From the NCBI RefSeq assembly GCF_001194135.2, contig NC_068984.1, positions 140,564,046 to 140,628,045 of the forward strand: 64,000 nt of DNA. Direction: 5' to 3'. The stretch is from Octopus bimaculoides. Lineage: Eukaryota. Made by a program: the position numbers and the translations under genes. Below are positions 42,671 to 54,701 of this stretch, in pieces. Numbering within the stretch: position 1 is the first letter of the stretch; each line of letters begins with the position of its first letter. The notes under the pieces are model-generated. The model ran no database searches. It was not told where the DNA came from and saw nothing but the letters and a program-made list of their open reading frames with translations.

Positions 42671-43417
42671 GTGGTAAACATCTGTCAAGAGACCACTGAA
42701 AAAGCCTGGCATATGAAAATAAAGCTCAAAGATCAGACCATCCTTCCCCGGAGACTTCTCTCTTGGGAGAATTCTTTGCTAGACTTGCGCCTATCCCTAA
42801 GGGATGATAGCCTTGAATATCTGCAGTCGTTTTTTGAGAGTTTGGAAGGTTTTCCAGTTCTTGGTTTGTCTGCAACATCTCCAGTTTCTTTCTTCTTCAT
42901 TATAATCTGTTGAATTGCACATAGAGAGACCCCAGTTCTTCTTGAAATTTCTATCTGAGAATTACATTGCACATAAAGAAATGTCACCTTACGTCTATTT
43001 TCTAGTGAAATATTAGGCATTTTAAGAATATTATTCAGAAATTTCTGAAATATCTAAAAAAAACCATCAAAATATTAGTAAAGTTACAAATGCATTTAAT
43101 CTAAAGATAGGAACATGAAAATATTGATTGCTTTTTGGCATAAAGATGTTTAAAGCTGATGTTAAAACATTTTCATGCTGTTTTATTATATCATTTAAGT
43201 GATTCTAATGAAATGAAACAATTTTTCAATTGGTTCATAATTTGGTTCAACTTTTAACAAATACCGGAAACCAACTTTTTTTTCAGAAATTCTGGGAATT
43301 TTTAATGAATGTTGAAATTAGTAAAATATTAAGAAAATGGATATTTCAACGTTAAGTTCCCATTATCAAATTTCAAAGAAAAGATGGAACTGCCTAAGAC
43401 TTTTGCACATCAGTGTA
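42671..43417 (-). mobile_element. 5' half of a Tc1-family DNA transposon
   Basis: TIR TA-CACTGATGTGCAAAAGTCTTAGGCAG at 43390-43417; ORF 42733-43020 MPNISLENRRKV...GRPSKL-like paired HTH region; catalytic half missing. Confidence 0.8.
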
Positions 43418-44999
43418 TATACATATATAAATTAAACATATCATACTGTTTTCAGTAGATTCACAAAGGTATTTAGCACAGAGAAGTCGTGAACAAGGTG
43501 GGTTAGAAATGGAAGAATTGTTGCTCATGAGATGTATGATATCCATTCAACTCTTCTAGAGAAATATTTCAGTTGGGGTTCTCTGATGGTTTGTCTCATT
43601 TCAAAAGAATCTTGATTAAAAAAGAAAAGAAAAAGAAGTCATAAACAGTTTGTAACAGAAGAGATGTTGCTGTGATTATCTGTGCTTTAAAAATGCACAG
43701 AAGTTGCCACACCTGATATCAAACCTCGTCAGGGTTACCTGTAATATGAAATATAGTATTTACATCAGATCCAGCACACGTTGATGATCTGTCCATTCTT
43801 GATGCCAAAATAGATGTGTTCTTGCATCTTGTTATGATGTAGAGAAGCTTTTGGAAGACTGTAGTTGAAATAGCATGTGACAGTAGAATAAAAATAACCA
43901 AAATTTTAAGGCACACTCACATCTCTTGTAACTTGTTCTCTCTGAGCTACATTGATCCATTTTGAGACCCACATATCTGATAAGGATATTGTTCACCCAT
44001 ATACAAATAGCAAATCAAAAACAAAAGCAAGTACAAAAAGAAAACAGCAAAAGTCCAATGGCCAACTACATTTAATATTATTTGGTTGACACTCTTTCTT
44101 ATATGAGAAAGAAGACTATTCTGCTTGTGACACACGTATATAAAATCTGTCTTCAGTGATGACCCAACACTTTGGAGAGTCTTAAAACTTTGCTCATTGA
44201 TACAGAGAGAACACATAATATTGCCAAAATTTATATATTACAATTTGTATTTTACATTTTGCAAAAGTTTTATATTTTTTAAAGAAAAAAAAAGAAAGAA
44301 ACTAATTTGAAGCATAAAAAAAAAACTGCAATAGAAATAAATGAGAATAATAATAATAATGTCTTTCATGTGTCAGTCTCTTCTGGTGTCAGAAATGTGT
44401 GTATATGTGTATTGATTATTTCATTTCTATTTTACTTTTTTTTTTTGTATTTTTTAATTTAACTTGCTTTCTTGCAATGTTCAGTTATTGACGAATTGAT
44501 CTTAAGCAAGGAGGATCTCTATTGGCCCCTTAACACTTTCAGTATTGGTATCTCCTGTCATTAGTCACTACTACCTCTGCATTTATGTCCCAGAGTTCTA
44601 GTTTTGCTGAAAGCCTTTGTTAGTAGGTTCCTTCCTCTCTCTATTTCATTGTTCCAACGCATGAACTATTAATCTCCGACTCAGTGACTGTATTGTGTAA
44701 CTAATGTAGTTGAATACTGTCTTATATACTAATTTTGTTGTTTTTTTGTTTCTATCCTCACAAAGTTGTTTGAATCAGCTTTATAAGAAAATCACAATTT
44801 CTGCTAACTGACAAACAGGCTCAATGTGTAGCATATACAGGTTTGGGCTAAACTTCAGTATTTTTGCTGTGCATATTCTGTCCTTCTCATGTGACAGATA
44901 CAGGGACTTGAACATATCATGCTTATTTTAAAGATAGTAAGAAGTTGATTGGTATAAATTTGGCTGTTATATTGAACTGTAGAAGTGATGATGTAATAG

Positions 45000-45330
45000 A
45001 TTTCTTTATTAAGCGATGAAGGGCCAAACAGAGGGGACAATACAATGTAGAATTTTTCTGTTCAAAACCGATCAATAGGGATCGAAAACATTTTGTGACG
45101 TGTACACAAAGGATGACAATGTATCGTTTTAACAACTGAAATTCCCAAAAGGGGAAGAAAATAAAACACTGACTCGGGTTATCCGTGGAAAGAAAAACCT
45201 ACGAAGAATACCACAGTAACCTTGGAAAAGAAACGACAAGAGCAAAATGCCCTTTCTCTTTTTGTTCTAAAGGCTCATGTTCAAAGTGGGTCTGTCATTC
45301 GTGTGGACCGTCCTTGCTACACTCCTTAGC
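45000..45330 (-). mobile_element. L1/Tx1-like ORF2 end and 3' UTR
   Basis: ...ARTVHTNDRPTLNMSL* parallels ...ARMARINDKATLHMIL*; shares GGTTATCCGTGGAAAGAAAAACCTACG with about 48140-48170. Confidence 0.75.
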
Positions 45331-45331
45331 C

Positions 45332-45790
45332 TTAGTCCATCCTGCGTCTGGTGGCGCATTGGGCAGACAATGATCTCCACTGATCTCTATCGGCAGCCTC
45401 TCTCTCGATGTTTTCCCATTTTCTGTTTATTACTGCTATGTCTGCTTTGAACGATCTGCGCCATGTTGTTTTTGGTCTTCCTGTCTTTCTCTTTCCGCCA
45501 GGTGGTTCCCATCTAAATGCTGTTTTGGCGTGCCGTTGGTCTGGCATGCAGCAAATGTGCCCAGCTAGTCTCCTTCTTCTCTCTGCCACGATGTCTTGCA
45601 GCCTTCTGGACTGTTCTCCCTGGAGGATTGCAGTATTTGTGATGTGGTCACGGTCGGAGATCTTCAATATTTTCCGCAAGCACCTGATGGAATACATCCA
45701 GTTTCTTGGATATTGCCAATGTTACTTTCCAAGTTTCACTGGCATACAGTGCTGTTGGTAACACAATGGTGCTGTATAAACACAGTTTCA
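45332..45790 (-). mobile_element. RTE-clade LINE 3' fragment
   Basis: RCLRKILKI...RRLAGHI...WEPPGGKRKTGRPKTTWRR...DRDQWRSL. Confidence 0.9.
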
Positions 45791-45829
45791 TTTTGCTACA
45801 CTCACCCACCTTTTATTAAAATATTCATT

Positions 45830-46130
45830 AGACAAAACTTCCCTCTCTACTCGTTATCTATAATGTTCTCCTTGTTTGGGTTCTTCTTTAACAGTGTCAC
45901 AACTCCTTGGCTCACAGAACTAGGGATACTCTCAATTTGCTGCCAGTTGCAGTAGACTTACCAAAAGATCTCCAAACAAGTCTGGCGCATGACAATAAAG
46001 CATATAGGGTAGACTATCCAAGCCTGGCATCACGCAACCTGCCATCGCGTCTTGTACATCAGCGGCTGTAATGGGACTTTCACAACACTCTGCCTCTCTT
46101 GCCGAGAGTTGTTACTGGCCATGCAGGTAG
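45830..46130 (-). mobile_element. L1/Tx1-like RT N-terminal fragment
   Basis: SPITAADVQDAM...PGLDSLPY...GVVTLLKKNPNK. Confidence 0.75.
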
Positions 46131-46269
46131 GCACTAAAGTTTATCCTGTGTTCCGACCCACCAGTTGTCCCGAACAGTCGGGCAAAAAGTTGCTGAAGGG
46201 CTTCACACATCCTTTCGGGCTTGAGTAACAGGACTAGCTCCTCCTCCTCCTTCTCATCAAATTTCTCGG

Positions 46270-46740
46270 TAAGGATATTGCTAAATCTCTAACCATGTGA
46301 AGGGCACTTGAGCTGCCAAGTCCTTCTTTTCTAGATTGGTCTGCTTTTTGGCATCCTTCTGGCCTCGAGTCTAAAGTCACTAATTACTAATCTATGCTGA
46401 GGGGTACATTCTTCACCTGGGAGGGTCTTTGTATTTAAGAGCAACCATGCACCCAGCTGTCTGGTGAGAATGAAATCAATCTGGCCAGCAGAATAACCTG
46501 ATCGTTAGGTTATCAGCTGACTGGCTGGCTTCCGGAAGTTGCTGTTTCAGATCAGTAGGTTATTTGCACTGCAGGACTCCAGGATCCTAGTTCCCTCTTC
46601 ATTTTTGGTACCAACTCCATGGCCCCCATGTACACCATGGAAGATACCAGGTTGCTGTCCAGCATGCCCATTAAAATCTCCAGCCACAAAGATGAGATCA
46701 TTGTCACTTGTCTTTGAGGTAGCTTGCAGTAGAATATGAC
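46270..46740 (-). mobile_element. RTE-type APE endonuclease fragment
   Basis: LIFVAGDFNGHAGQQPGIFHGVHGGHGVGTKNEEGTRILE. Confidence 0.8.
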
Positions 46741-47117
46741 TGACTCACTATTTCCCCAAATCTATAAGTTTGATTGTGGCCCTTCAGGCTAATAAAGGAG
46801 TGACATATCGTACAAAAATTGAACTTCAAAGCTTCATCAGGAAGTCAGTAAGTCCATAATGGTAAGGATGAACACCTTATAACAGGGGTCATGAATTGGA
46901 AACTAAAAACAATACAATAGTAATAAGATTTAGTTAAGGTAAACAGAGTTGGGGAATCATTACAGAATTATATCAAAGAAATAATCTGCGTATATATTGT
47001 AATGTTATTTACTAACAAAAGACTGTCCTCATAATACCCCTATCAGAAGTGGGGTACAACCAATGTTCATCCTACAACGTAATTGGTCAGCTAATATTTG
47101 AAAACAATAGCTTTCTT

Positions 47118-47568
47118 TTGGTTCTGTTAAAACTAATCAATAGAATACAAAAATTCAAGAAATTGTCTAAGGGGCCTTAAATACTAAGGGGGAATAATAA
47201 AAATAAATATGCATGGAAAGGAATCTGTTATGTTATGAAGACTTTTAAAATAATTTTCTAATTGAAAAAATTCTTATGTGAATTATCGCTAAAGGGAGGT
47301 AACTGTGCAAAACATTTAAATATTAAGATATACGAAAAGCTGTTGATTTTACCAATAACTTTTCGTATATTACAATATACGTTCTATTGGGTCCGTTAAA
47401 ACTAATCAATAAAAAATTGTCTTATGCTATGAAGACTTCTAAAATAATTTTCTAATTGAAAAAATAATTTTCTAGCTGAAAAAATTCTAAAATCTGCAAA
47501 ACATTTAAATATTAAAATATACGAAAAGCTGTTGGTTTTACCAATAACTTCTCGCACATTACAATATT
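47118..47568. repeat. Imperfect AT-rich tandem duplication (about 200-260 bp units)
   Basis: GTTAAAACTAATCAATA...GAAGACTT.TAAAATAATTTTCTAATTG...ATATACGAAAAGCTGTTG..TTTACCAATAACTT occurs twice. Confidence 0.8.
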
Positions 47569-47731
47569 TTAATGTTAACATAAGCTTTTAGGATAAATAC
47601 CTGGTAATAAAATATATGAATAATATTAAAATGTATGAGAAATATTAAAATTTAGGAAAAACATGAATATTTGGTATTCATGTAAGGAATACCAAATATA
47701 TGTGCATGCACAAACGTTCTGAAAGTGTTAT

Positions 47732-47769
<38 letters not shown>

Positions 47770-47959
47770 CGTTTTTTGATTTGGTTTGCAAGATTTTTTA
47801 TGTGATTTCGTGTGTTGAAGCATATTCTGTTGTGTCAGGGGAGAGTCATTTTCTTATTGTGCCTTAAAATTTAACACACTCACCAGTAAAATTTCCACTT
47901 ATTTTTCTTTTTATTTTCCTAAAATTTTCGTTGTGTCTTGCAGCCTTATCAATATATAG

Positions 47960-50520
47960 ATTTCTTTTATTAGCCACACAGAACTCAACATAGATGGGAC
48001 AAATACAATGTAGAGTTTTTTCTTTTCGATGGGGACGAAAATAAAGTAAAAAATTAAAATGGGGATAACGATGAAAAGGCACCGAGAAAACGTTTGTACA
48101 AAAAAAAAGAAAATATTACAAAAATTTCCCAATAAATGGGGAGGTTATCCGTGGAAAGAAAAACCTACGGAAAAGACCACGATAACCTCTGTCCTTAATG
48201 TCACAATTTGTAAAATAAAATTACTTCTATTTATGAAAGAAACGTAAGTAACTCTCTGCTTATAAAGTTTTTTACTGTTCTATAGAATCATGTGCAAAGT
48301 GGCTTTGTCATTTATACGTGCCATTCTTGCTGCATGTATCCATCTTTTATCGAAACATTTGCTAGACAACACTTGCCTCTCTCCTCTCACCTTCCTTTTC
48401 AAGTGATACTTGAAAAAGTTGATGTGAGATTGACCAGAGAGGAAAGTGTTTGTCTCTAATCCTTTCAGACGCGTCCACCAGATACATTCTTTCGCCATAG
48501 CCACAAGTACAATAAAAACAGCTCTTCCTTCCCGTTTAAAGGAAGGAGGCGTGACGATATTGACAATAGACTTGGTTGATAAACCGACTCGTCCCACACG
48601 CGACAGCAGTCGTTCGACATAAGCCCACAGGTCGGAAATGGTTGGACACTGCATGAGTGCGTGCAGAACGGTCTCGTCGCTCTGACCGCATCTTTGGCAG
48701 ATCAGCCCCGTGTTTCTTGAACCGTGTCGGTAGAGCTTATCCCGAATGGGTAGTGCTCCTCGGTAGCACTTCCAGGCTCGGGATCTCTGGAAGTTATCCA
48801 TAGGTCCTGGCCCGAAAGTCGTCTTGAACAGGCGGGTCAGGTATTCCTCGTTGACGCCCAGGTTCGCCACGAGATCGTCGTCGTACCTCCCCTCCACTAA
48901 TCCTCTATAGAATGCATTTGTTGTGATGCAGCTGCTCAAGGTCGACCCGGGATGGCAGAGTTGTTGCAGAGCAACGTGACACTTGCGGTGCCATTCGCCA
49001 TTCCTCAGCNNNNNNNNNNNNNNNNNNNNNNNNNNNNNNNNNNNNNNNNNNNNNNNNNNNNNNNNNNNNNNNNNNNNNNNNNNNNNNNNNNNNNNNNNNN
49101 NNNNNNNNNNNNNNNNNNNNNNNNNNNNNNNNNNNNNNNNNNNNNNNNNNNNNNNNNNNNNNNNNNNNNNNNNNNNNNNNNNNNNNNNNNNNNNNNNNNN
49201 NNNNNNNNNNNNNNNNNNNNNNNNNNNNNNNNNNNNNNNNNNNNNNNNNNNNNNNNNNNNNNNNNNNNNNNNNNNNNNNNNNNNNNNNNNNNNNNNNNNN
49301 NNNNNNNNNNNNNNNNNNNNNNNNNNNNNNNNNNNNNNNNNNNNNNNNNNNNNNNNNNNNNNNNNNNNNNNNNNNNNNNNNNNNNNNNNNNNNNNNNNNN
49401 NNNNNNNNNNNNNNNNNNNNNNNNNNNNNNNNNNNNNNNNNNNNNNNNNNNNNNNNNNNNNNNNNNNNNNNNNNNNNNNNNNNNNNNNNNNNNNNNNNNN
49501 NNNNNNNNNNNNNNNNNNNNNNNNNNNNNNNNNNNNNNNNNNNNNNNNNNNNNNNNNNNNNNNNNNNNNNNNNNNNNNNNNNNNNNNNNNNNNNNNNNNN
49601 NNNNNNNNNNNNNNNNNNNNNNNNNNNNNNNNNNNNNNNNNNNNNNNNNNNNNNNNNNNNNNNNNNNNNNNNNNNNNNNNNNNNNNNNNNNNNNNNNNNN
49701 NNNNNNNNNNNNNNNNNNNNNNNNNNNNNNNNNNNNNNNNNNNNNNNNNNNNNNNNNNNNNNNNNNNNNNNNNNNNNNNNNNNNNNNNNNNNNNNNNNNN
49801 NNNNNNNNNNNNNNNNNNNNNNNNNNNNNNNNNNNNNNNNNNNNNNNNNNNNNNNNNNNNNNNNNNNNNNNNNNNNNNNNNNNNNNNNNNNNNNNNNNNN
49901 NNNNNNNNNNNNNNNNNNNNNNTCTTCACTCCCGTCACCGCTTCGTAGTCTTTCAGCGTCTCGCCGACCAGCTTGATGCGCTTGTGGCTAGACGCTATGA
50001 CGGTGACGTCGTCCGTGTATGCCGACACGCTCGTCCCACACTCCAGTTCTCGCGGGATGCCCCTCAGCGTCGCCAGCTTCCGCAGTAGTGGCTCGAGAGT
50101 CAATCCGTACAGAAGTGATGAGAAGGGGCATCCCTGATGGACTGAACGTGCAATGTGGAAAGGTCTTGATAGGTGCCCATTGACGCGAACTACTGAATGG
50201 ATGCCTTTGTACAAAGCAGCCATCCAGCCGCGGAAAACGGGACTGAAACCGGCCACTATGAGGACAGCTTCCAAGTTTTGATGGTCTACCCTATCAAAAG
50301 CTTTCGATTGATCCAAATTGATCAGGGCCCCACCCATACCAGGTTCCTTAACTACCCGCTTTATGATGTAGCGCATCAGATGGAGGTTGTCGTGGATGCT
50401 TTGGCCCGGCACGGCGCACGTTTGCGCCTTGCCGACCAGTTTCTCGATGACAAGGGCCAACCGCTTGGCTAACACCTTGGCCAAAATTTTCAGGTCTGCA
50501 TTGAGCAGAGTGATAGGCCT
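47960..50520 (-). mobile_element. Young L1/Tx1-like LINE ORF2 (RT plus C-terminal Cys-His knuckle) and 3' UTR; N gap 49010-49922
   Basis: Stop-free on both sides of the gap: RPITLLNAD, LDQSKAFDRVDH, QGCP, YTDD, CQRCGQSDETVLHALMQC; stop at 48280; GC-rich. Confidence 0.93.
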
Positions 50521-51150
50521 GTTGCATAAGTAACAGCGAGGCTGCCTGCCTGTTACCACTACATCTAATTTTTGGTTTGGTGACAAACAGATGTAAGATG
50601 GAATTTTTTGTATTTCTTGTTCGTTTGTGTGGAACAGGATTTGTATAGTTTTTTCTGTCCAGTTGCTTTCTCCAACGGTGATTTTGAGTATATTTATATT
50701 GTCCATGTCGACACATATGGCCGATAGCAACCATAGCGTGTCTATTGTTGGAGGTGCATGCTTTATTGTTGCCTTTGTTACCTTTTAGCCAAGGTAACTA
50801 GGTATCATTGTTATTTCTGGTGCGTGAAGAGTTAGCGTTGAATATTTCTTCGCTAACTCTTCATTTTGAAAAATCACCTGTACCTGTGCAAATCTGTAAT
50901 AAGTAATATAAGATTTTTTATCCCAAATTGATCTCAAGCATCTTTCGATCTTGTCTATACTGGCCTGTTCCGGCCTTCTACTTTTTGTGTTTATTATTTT
51001 ATAAATTATTGTTTTCCTATTTGTCTCCTCTAATACGTGTTGTGGTATATTCAAATGTATTTCACCGCTTTTTTTGCTGATCAACTTCCTCATTTCTATG
51101 ATTTCTTTTGTCGTGTATGACACAATAGTTTCTTTTTGCTTCAAAGCTTC
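50521..51150 (-). mobile_element. ORF1-like fragment of an L1/Tx1-like element (copy 1)
   Basis: IERCLRSIW...QVQVIFQNEELAK...MIPSYLG, then ...GRQPRCYLC (start of a Cys knuckle); homologous to 54702-55358. Confidence 0.65.
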
Positions 51151-51559
51151 AGCAAAATTTTTACTGTTGTTGCTGGTGCTGGCACTGGTATTGNNNNNNN
51201 NNNNNNNNNNNNNNNNNNNNNNNNNNNNNNNNNNNNNNNNNNNNNNNNNNNNNNNNNNNNNNNNNNNNNNNNNNNNNNNNNNNNNNNNNNNNNNNNNNNN
51301 NNNNNNNNNNNNNNNNNNNNNNNNNNNNNNNNNNNNNNNNNNNNNNNNNNNNNNNNNNNNNNNNNNNNNNNNNNNNNNNNNNNNNNNNNNNNNNNNNNNN
51401 NNNNNNNNNNNNNNNNNNNNNNNNNNNNNNNNNNNNNNNNNNNNNNNNNNNNNNNNNNNNNNNNNNNNNNNNNNNNNNNNNNNNNNNNNNNNNNNNNNNN
51501 NNNNNNNNNNATATGTGTGTATTTCTAGGATTTTAAAATTTATTTATTATTACTGTCAA

Positions 51560-52710
51560 TGTTCTTATAAGTATCCTTAACGTTTCCATTATTATAGGGA
51601 ATATATTCAATTTTATCCTTATAACCTGCATTTTTGAGTGCTACATTGTTTTTCTTTATACTAGTTAAAGATGGCTTCATTGGAGGATAGATGGGAGATT
51701 CTTTTGCTAATATTTCTTAAAAGGACTCTTTTTATTGATTGAGGATGGTTACTAAGATTATTGATATATCTTAAATTAGAGTTCTGTTTCATATATGGTT
51801 CATGTAGTCCAGTATTTAGATTACAATTTGCATCCAGATAATTGAGTAATTTTCATTTTCTATAGTAACAGAGAAACCAAATCTACTGAAAAATCTATAC
51901 AGGTGCTTTAATAATTCTAGGCACCAATTAGAATAGTTTCTAACTATAAAAAGGGCATTGTCTCTATACAGACCTCCTCCTAATTTGAGGAATTCTCTAT
52001 TTATGCTATCCAAAAGGTCAGTTCTCACCAAGTCTGTCACCTCAGCCAAATCTGGCAAGCCCATTGTAATGTCAAAGAGATTAGGGGTGTCATTTCTTGC
52101 CCTTAATTTGTTATTGAATTCGATAACAGATTTACGGGTTGTAAGTATAACATTAATTTCCGTCATACTTAAATTAGTATATTTTCTAGCGAAAATAAGA
52201 GCACTGTTCAAAATAGTGGGATTAACTGAACAGTAGTAATTTTGTATATCTGTTTGCAGAAATTTATGTTTATCCTTACTTTGTATATTGGAGAACCAAT
52301 CCAATGCACTTTGGGTGTTATTCCATAGTTCTAGCTCAATTTTGTTCTTCAGTGTTGGTAAGTATTTATCTAAAATTACCTTACTGAGTTTACCTGTGTC
52401 TGATGTATTGGGGCATATTAATCTAACTTGTGCTTTATCCTTATGATCCTTAATTGTGATACGGGCTCTGATTGGTGTGATTGGTTCTGTCTTATCTAAG
52501 CTAGAGTCAAACATAATTTTCTTGGCTTCTAAATTTATTTTCTTGTGCATATATATCTATAGCAAATGAAAGAAGGAATATATGAGAATTTATTGTTAAT
52601 CATGACAATTGTTTCGACGCATCTAGCATCGATTCCTCTTGGGTGGGACACTCAACAACTGGTTCAGAAGCATCCGGTGGTGCACATGTATCTCGTCAGG
52701 TGATAAATAA
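51560..52710 (-). mobile_element. Penelope-like retroelement fragment (RT) with adjacent pLTR/hammerhead region
   Basis: ORF 51816-52550: ITIKDHK, RLICP, DIQNYYCSV, FDITMG..DLAEVTDLV, GLYRDN (degenerate YRDD). Confidence 0.85.
52596..52708 (-). ncRNA. Type I hammerhead ribozyme-like motif
   Basis: Minus strand: UAUCAC-CUGACGA-G..(long stem II)..C-GAAAC-AAUU-GUC^AUGAUU; stem III ACAAUUGU is palindromic. Confidence 0.65.
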
Positions 52711-53654
52711 ATACAACTCATTAAAATGACTGTTCCGCAATGTAACTTTCCGTTTTGTAGAGAGAAAAGCACTACATTATGTTGGTTGTCAGTTATTTTA
52801 TCAGCTACTGACCACTTTTACAATAATTCATGCTTATATATGTAAAGAAATTTTTAGTGTAGGATGATGATGGGAGACCAAAAAAAATATATATGCTTAT
52901 ATACATGTGTGTGTGAAGAGATTTTTTTTTTCTTTTATGTCACTGCCAATTGCAGCCGATCTTTACAGAACTACCTTCTGTCATGGAAAGACAGCAATTT
53001 ATAAACTTTTCCAGGTTTGTAACTAGCATATAAAGAAACAATAATGATAATAATCATTTCTTTATTGGCCTCAAGAACCAAACACACCACAAAAAGGGCA
53101 ATGATAAATGCACTGAGACTCTCCTGATTTGGCTGCCCCCTCTCTCTTTTCTACTGCTGCTGTTATGATTGCTACCCCTCAGAGCTAACTAGGGTCATGC
53201 TGCCATTACATCCACTGTTGTGTCCAATCTCCCTGGCTCTGAACTAATCACCACACACTATTGTTTCCTCTAGAATCATTCCCTGCTCATGTCTTTCCTG
53301 CAGAGGTTAACTTCTACAGTTAAGAGGAACATTAATGGCATCCAACCTTGGAGGGCCTGCAAAAACCCTAATCACTGCTCCTTCCTCCAAATCCAATAAT
53401 TTCACCTGAAATTGTACAGGAGTTTAATTATTTTCATCTGGAGGCTCCATTACTGTAATGCTCAGTTTGAATGAACAGTGTAAATCGCACCAACTTAATT
53501 TGCGTCAACTTTATGCTTATGTAAAGTTTGTTTGCTAAAATATGGGTTAATAGCGATTTATAGACTTTTTCCAATTAATTTTTCTTGCTGCAGCCTTTCC
53601 TTACATTTGACCGATACCTCAACTACATGTTTTTTTTTTCTCTTATTTCGTTAA

Positions 53655-53995
53655 AGTGACTTAACTGAGAGAATGACTTTCTACATCCTTTACATTTTAA
53701 TGGTGTTTTCCTTCCTGTATGTATCTTCTCCTGTCTGTATCTTCTCCTGTATGTATCTTCTCCTGAATGGTTAAGCTACAAGAACTAAAGAATTCTTTCC
53801 CACATACCTTATATCAGACTGGTCTTTCATTGTATGTATTCTCTCAAATTACAAGAGCCAGAGAATGTTTTTCTACAATTCTTACATTAGAATGGTTTTT
53901 CTCTTATATATATTCTCTCTTGTTAAATTCAAGACTTAGAGACCATTTTCCCATGTTCTTTACACTAAAATAGTTCCTCAACTCTATGTATCTTC
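53655..53995 (-). pseudogene. Decayed C2H2 zinc-finger array (copy 1)
   Basis: REKPF*CKNCRKTFSGSCNL, VCGKEFFSSCSLTIQEKIHTGE, KCKGCRKSFSQLSH with stops and frameshifts. Confidence 0.75.
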
Positions 53996-54029
53996 TTAAA
54001 TACATAATTAATTACTATAATTACTGAAA

Positions 54030-54470
54030 TAGCATCATTCACCCAGGCTGGGTTCAGCTGGTTCTGAGCAATGCGTTCACGTTCTTTACGGGTGCTGACC
54101 ACATCTGATGGTCAACCACAATCGGGCCTGTAATGGATGCCCACTCCAAGTTCCACTGCCAAAGACCACAGATGTTGGGGCCTGATTGTGCTTTCATGTC
54201 TGTCTTTACCTTTGCCAGCCATGTCTGTAATTGCTCTCCAGCTTCCTGGCCAGTTTGGGAGGAGAGCCGGCTTGACTGTCCTGCGAATGTGTCCCCTCAA
54301 AGCTGGCAGACTGTATGGTCAAGCCACCTTACACATTATGTGAATAGAGCTTGTTTCAGGGAGTTGAGGCAGCAGTGTTGTCTTATTTTGGGAATTGGAA
54401 GTGAAGTCCTGTGGGTGAACAGGTAGAATTTGACATAGGCAGTAGTGGTCGAAGACTTTGAGCGTAGCTA
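54030..54470 (-). mobile_element. RTE-clade LINE 3' fragment
   Basis: LKVFDHYCLCQIL...SNSQIRQHC...VRWLDH degenerate RTE C-terminus. Confidence 0.65.
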
Positions 54471-54701
54471 TCATTGGTCAAGTAAAAACCACACCATTAT
54501 GGAATACATAATTTTTGAAGTAACCAGACTGTCTTTTATTAATTTATCTCAATTAGTTTCATTTTGAAGTCTGTTTTGTGTAAAGTACTACTTTTTTTGA
54601 TTGAACAGGAAGTGCCATTTACTGAGAATAATTAAGACCTCAGGAGCTGTGTCAAGGTAATTATTACCTTCAGTCTTTAATTAACAAGTAAAGACAATAA
54701 A

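Noticed and set aside
43715-43740. CUGACGAG on the minus strand
   Set aside because: No downstream GAAA with a closing stem II.
48280-50730. A single intact 816-aa protein
   Set aside because: The ORF crosses 913 Ns of estimated length and joins two compositionally different pieces.
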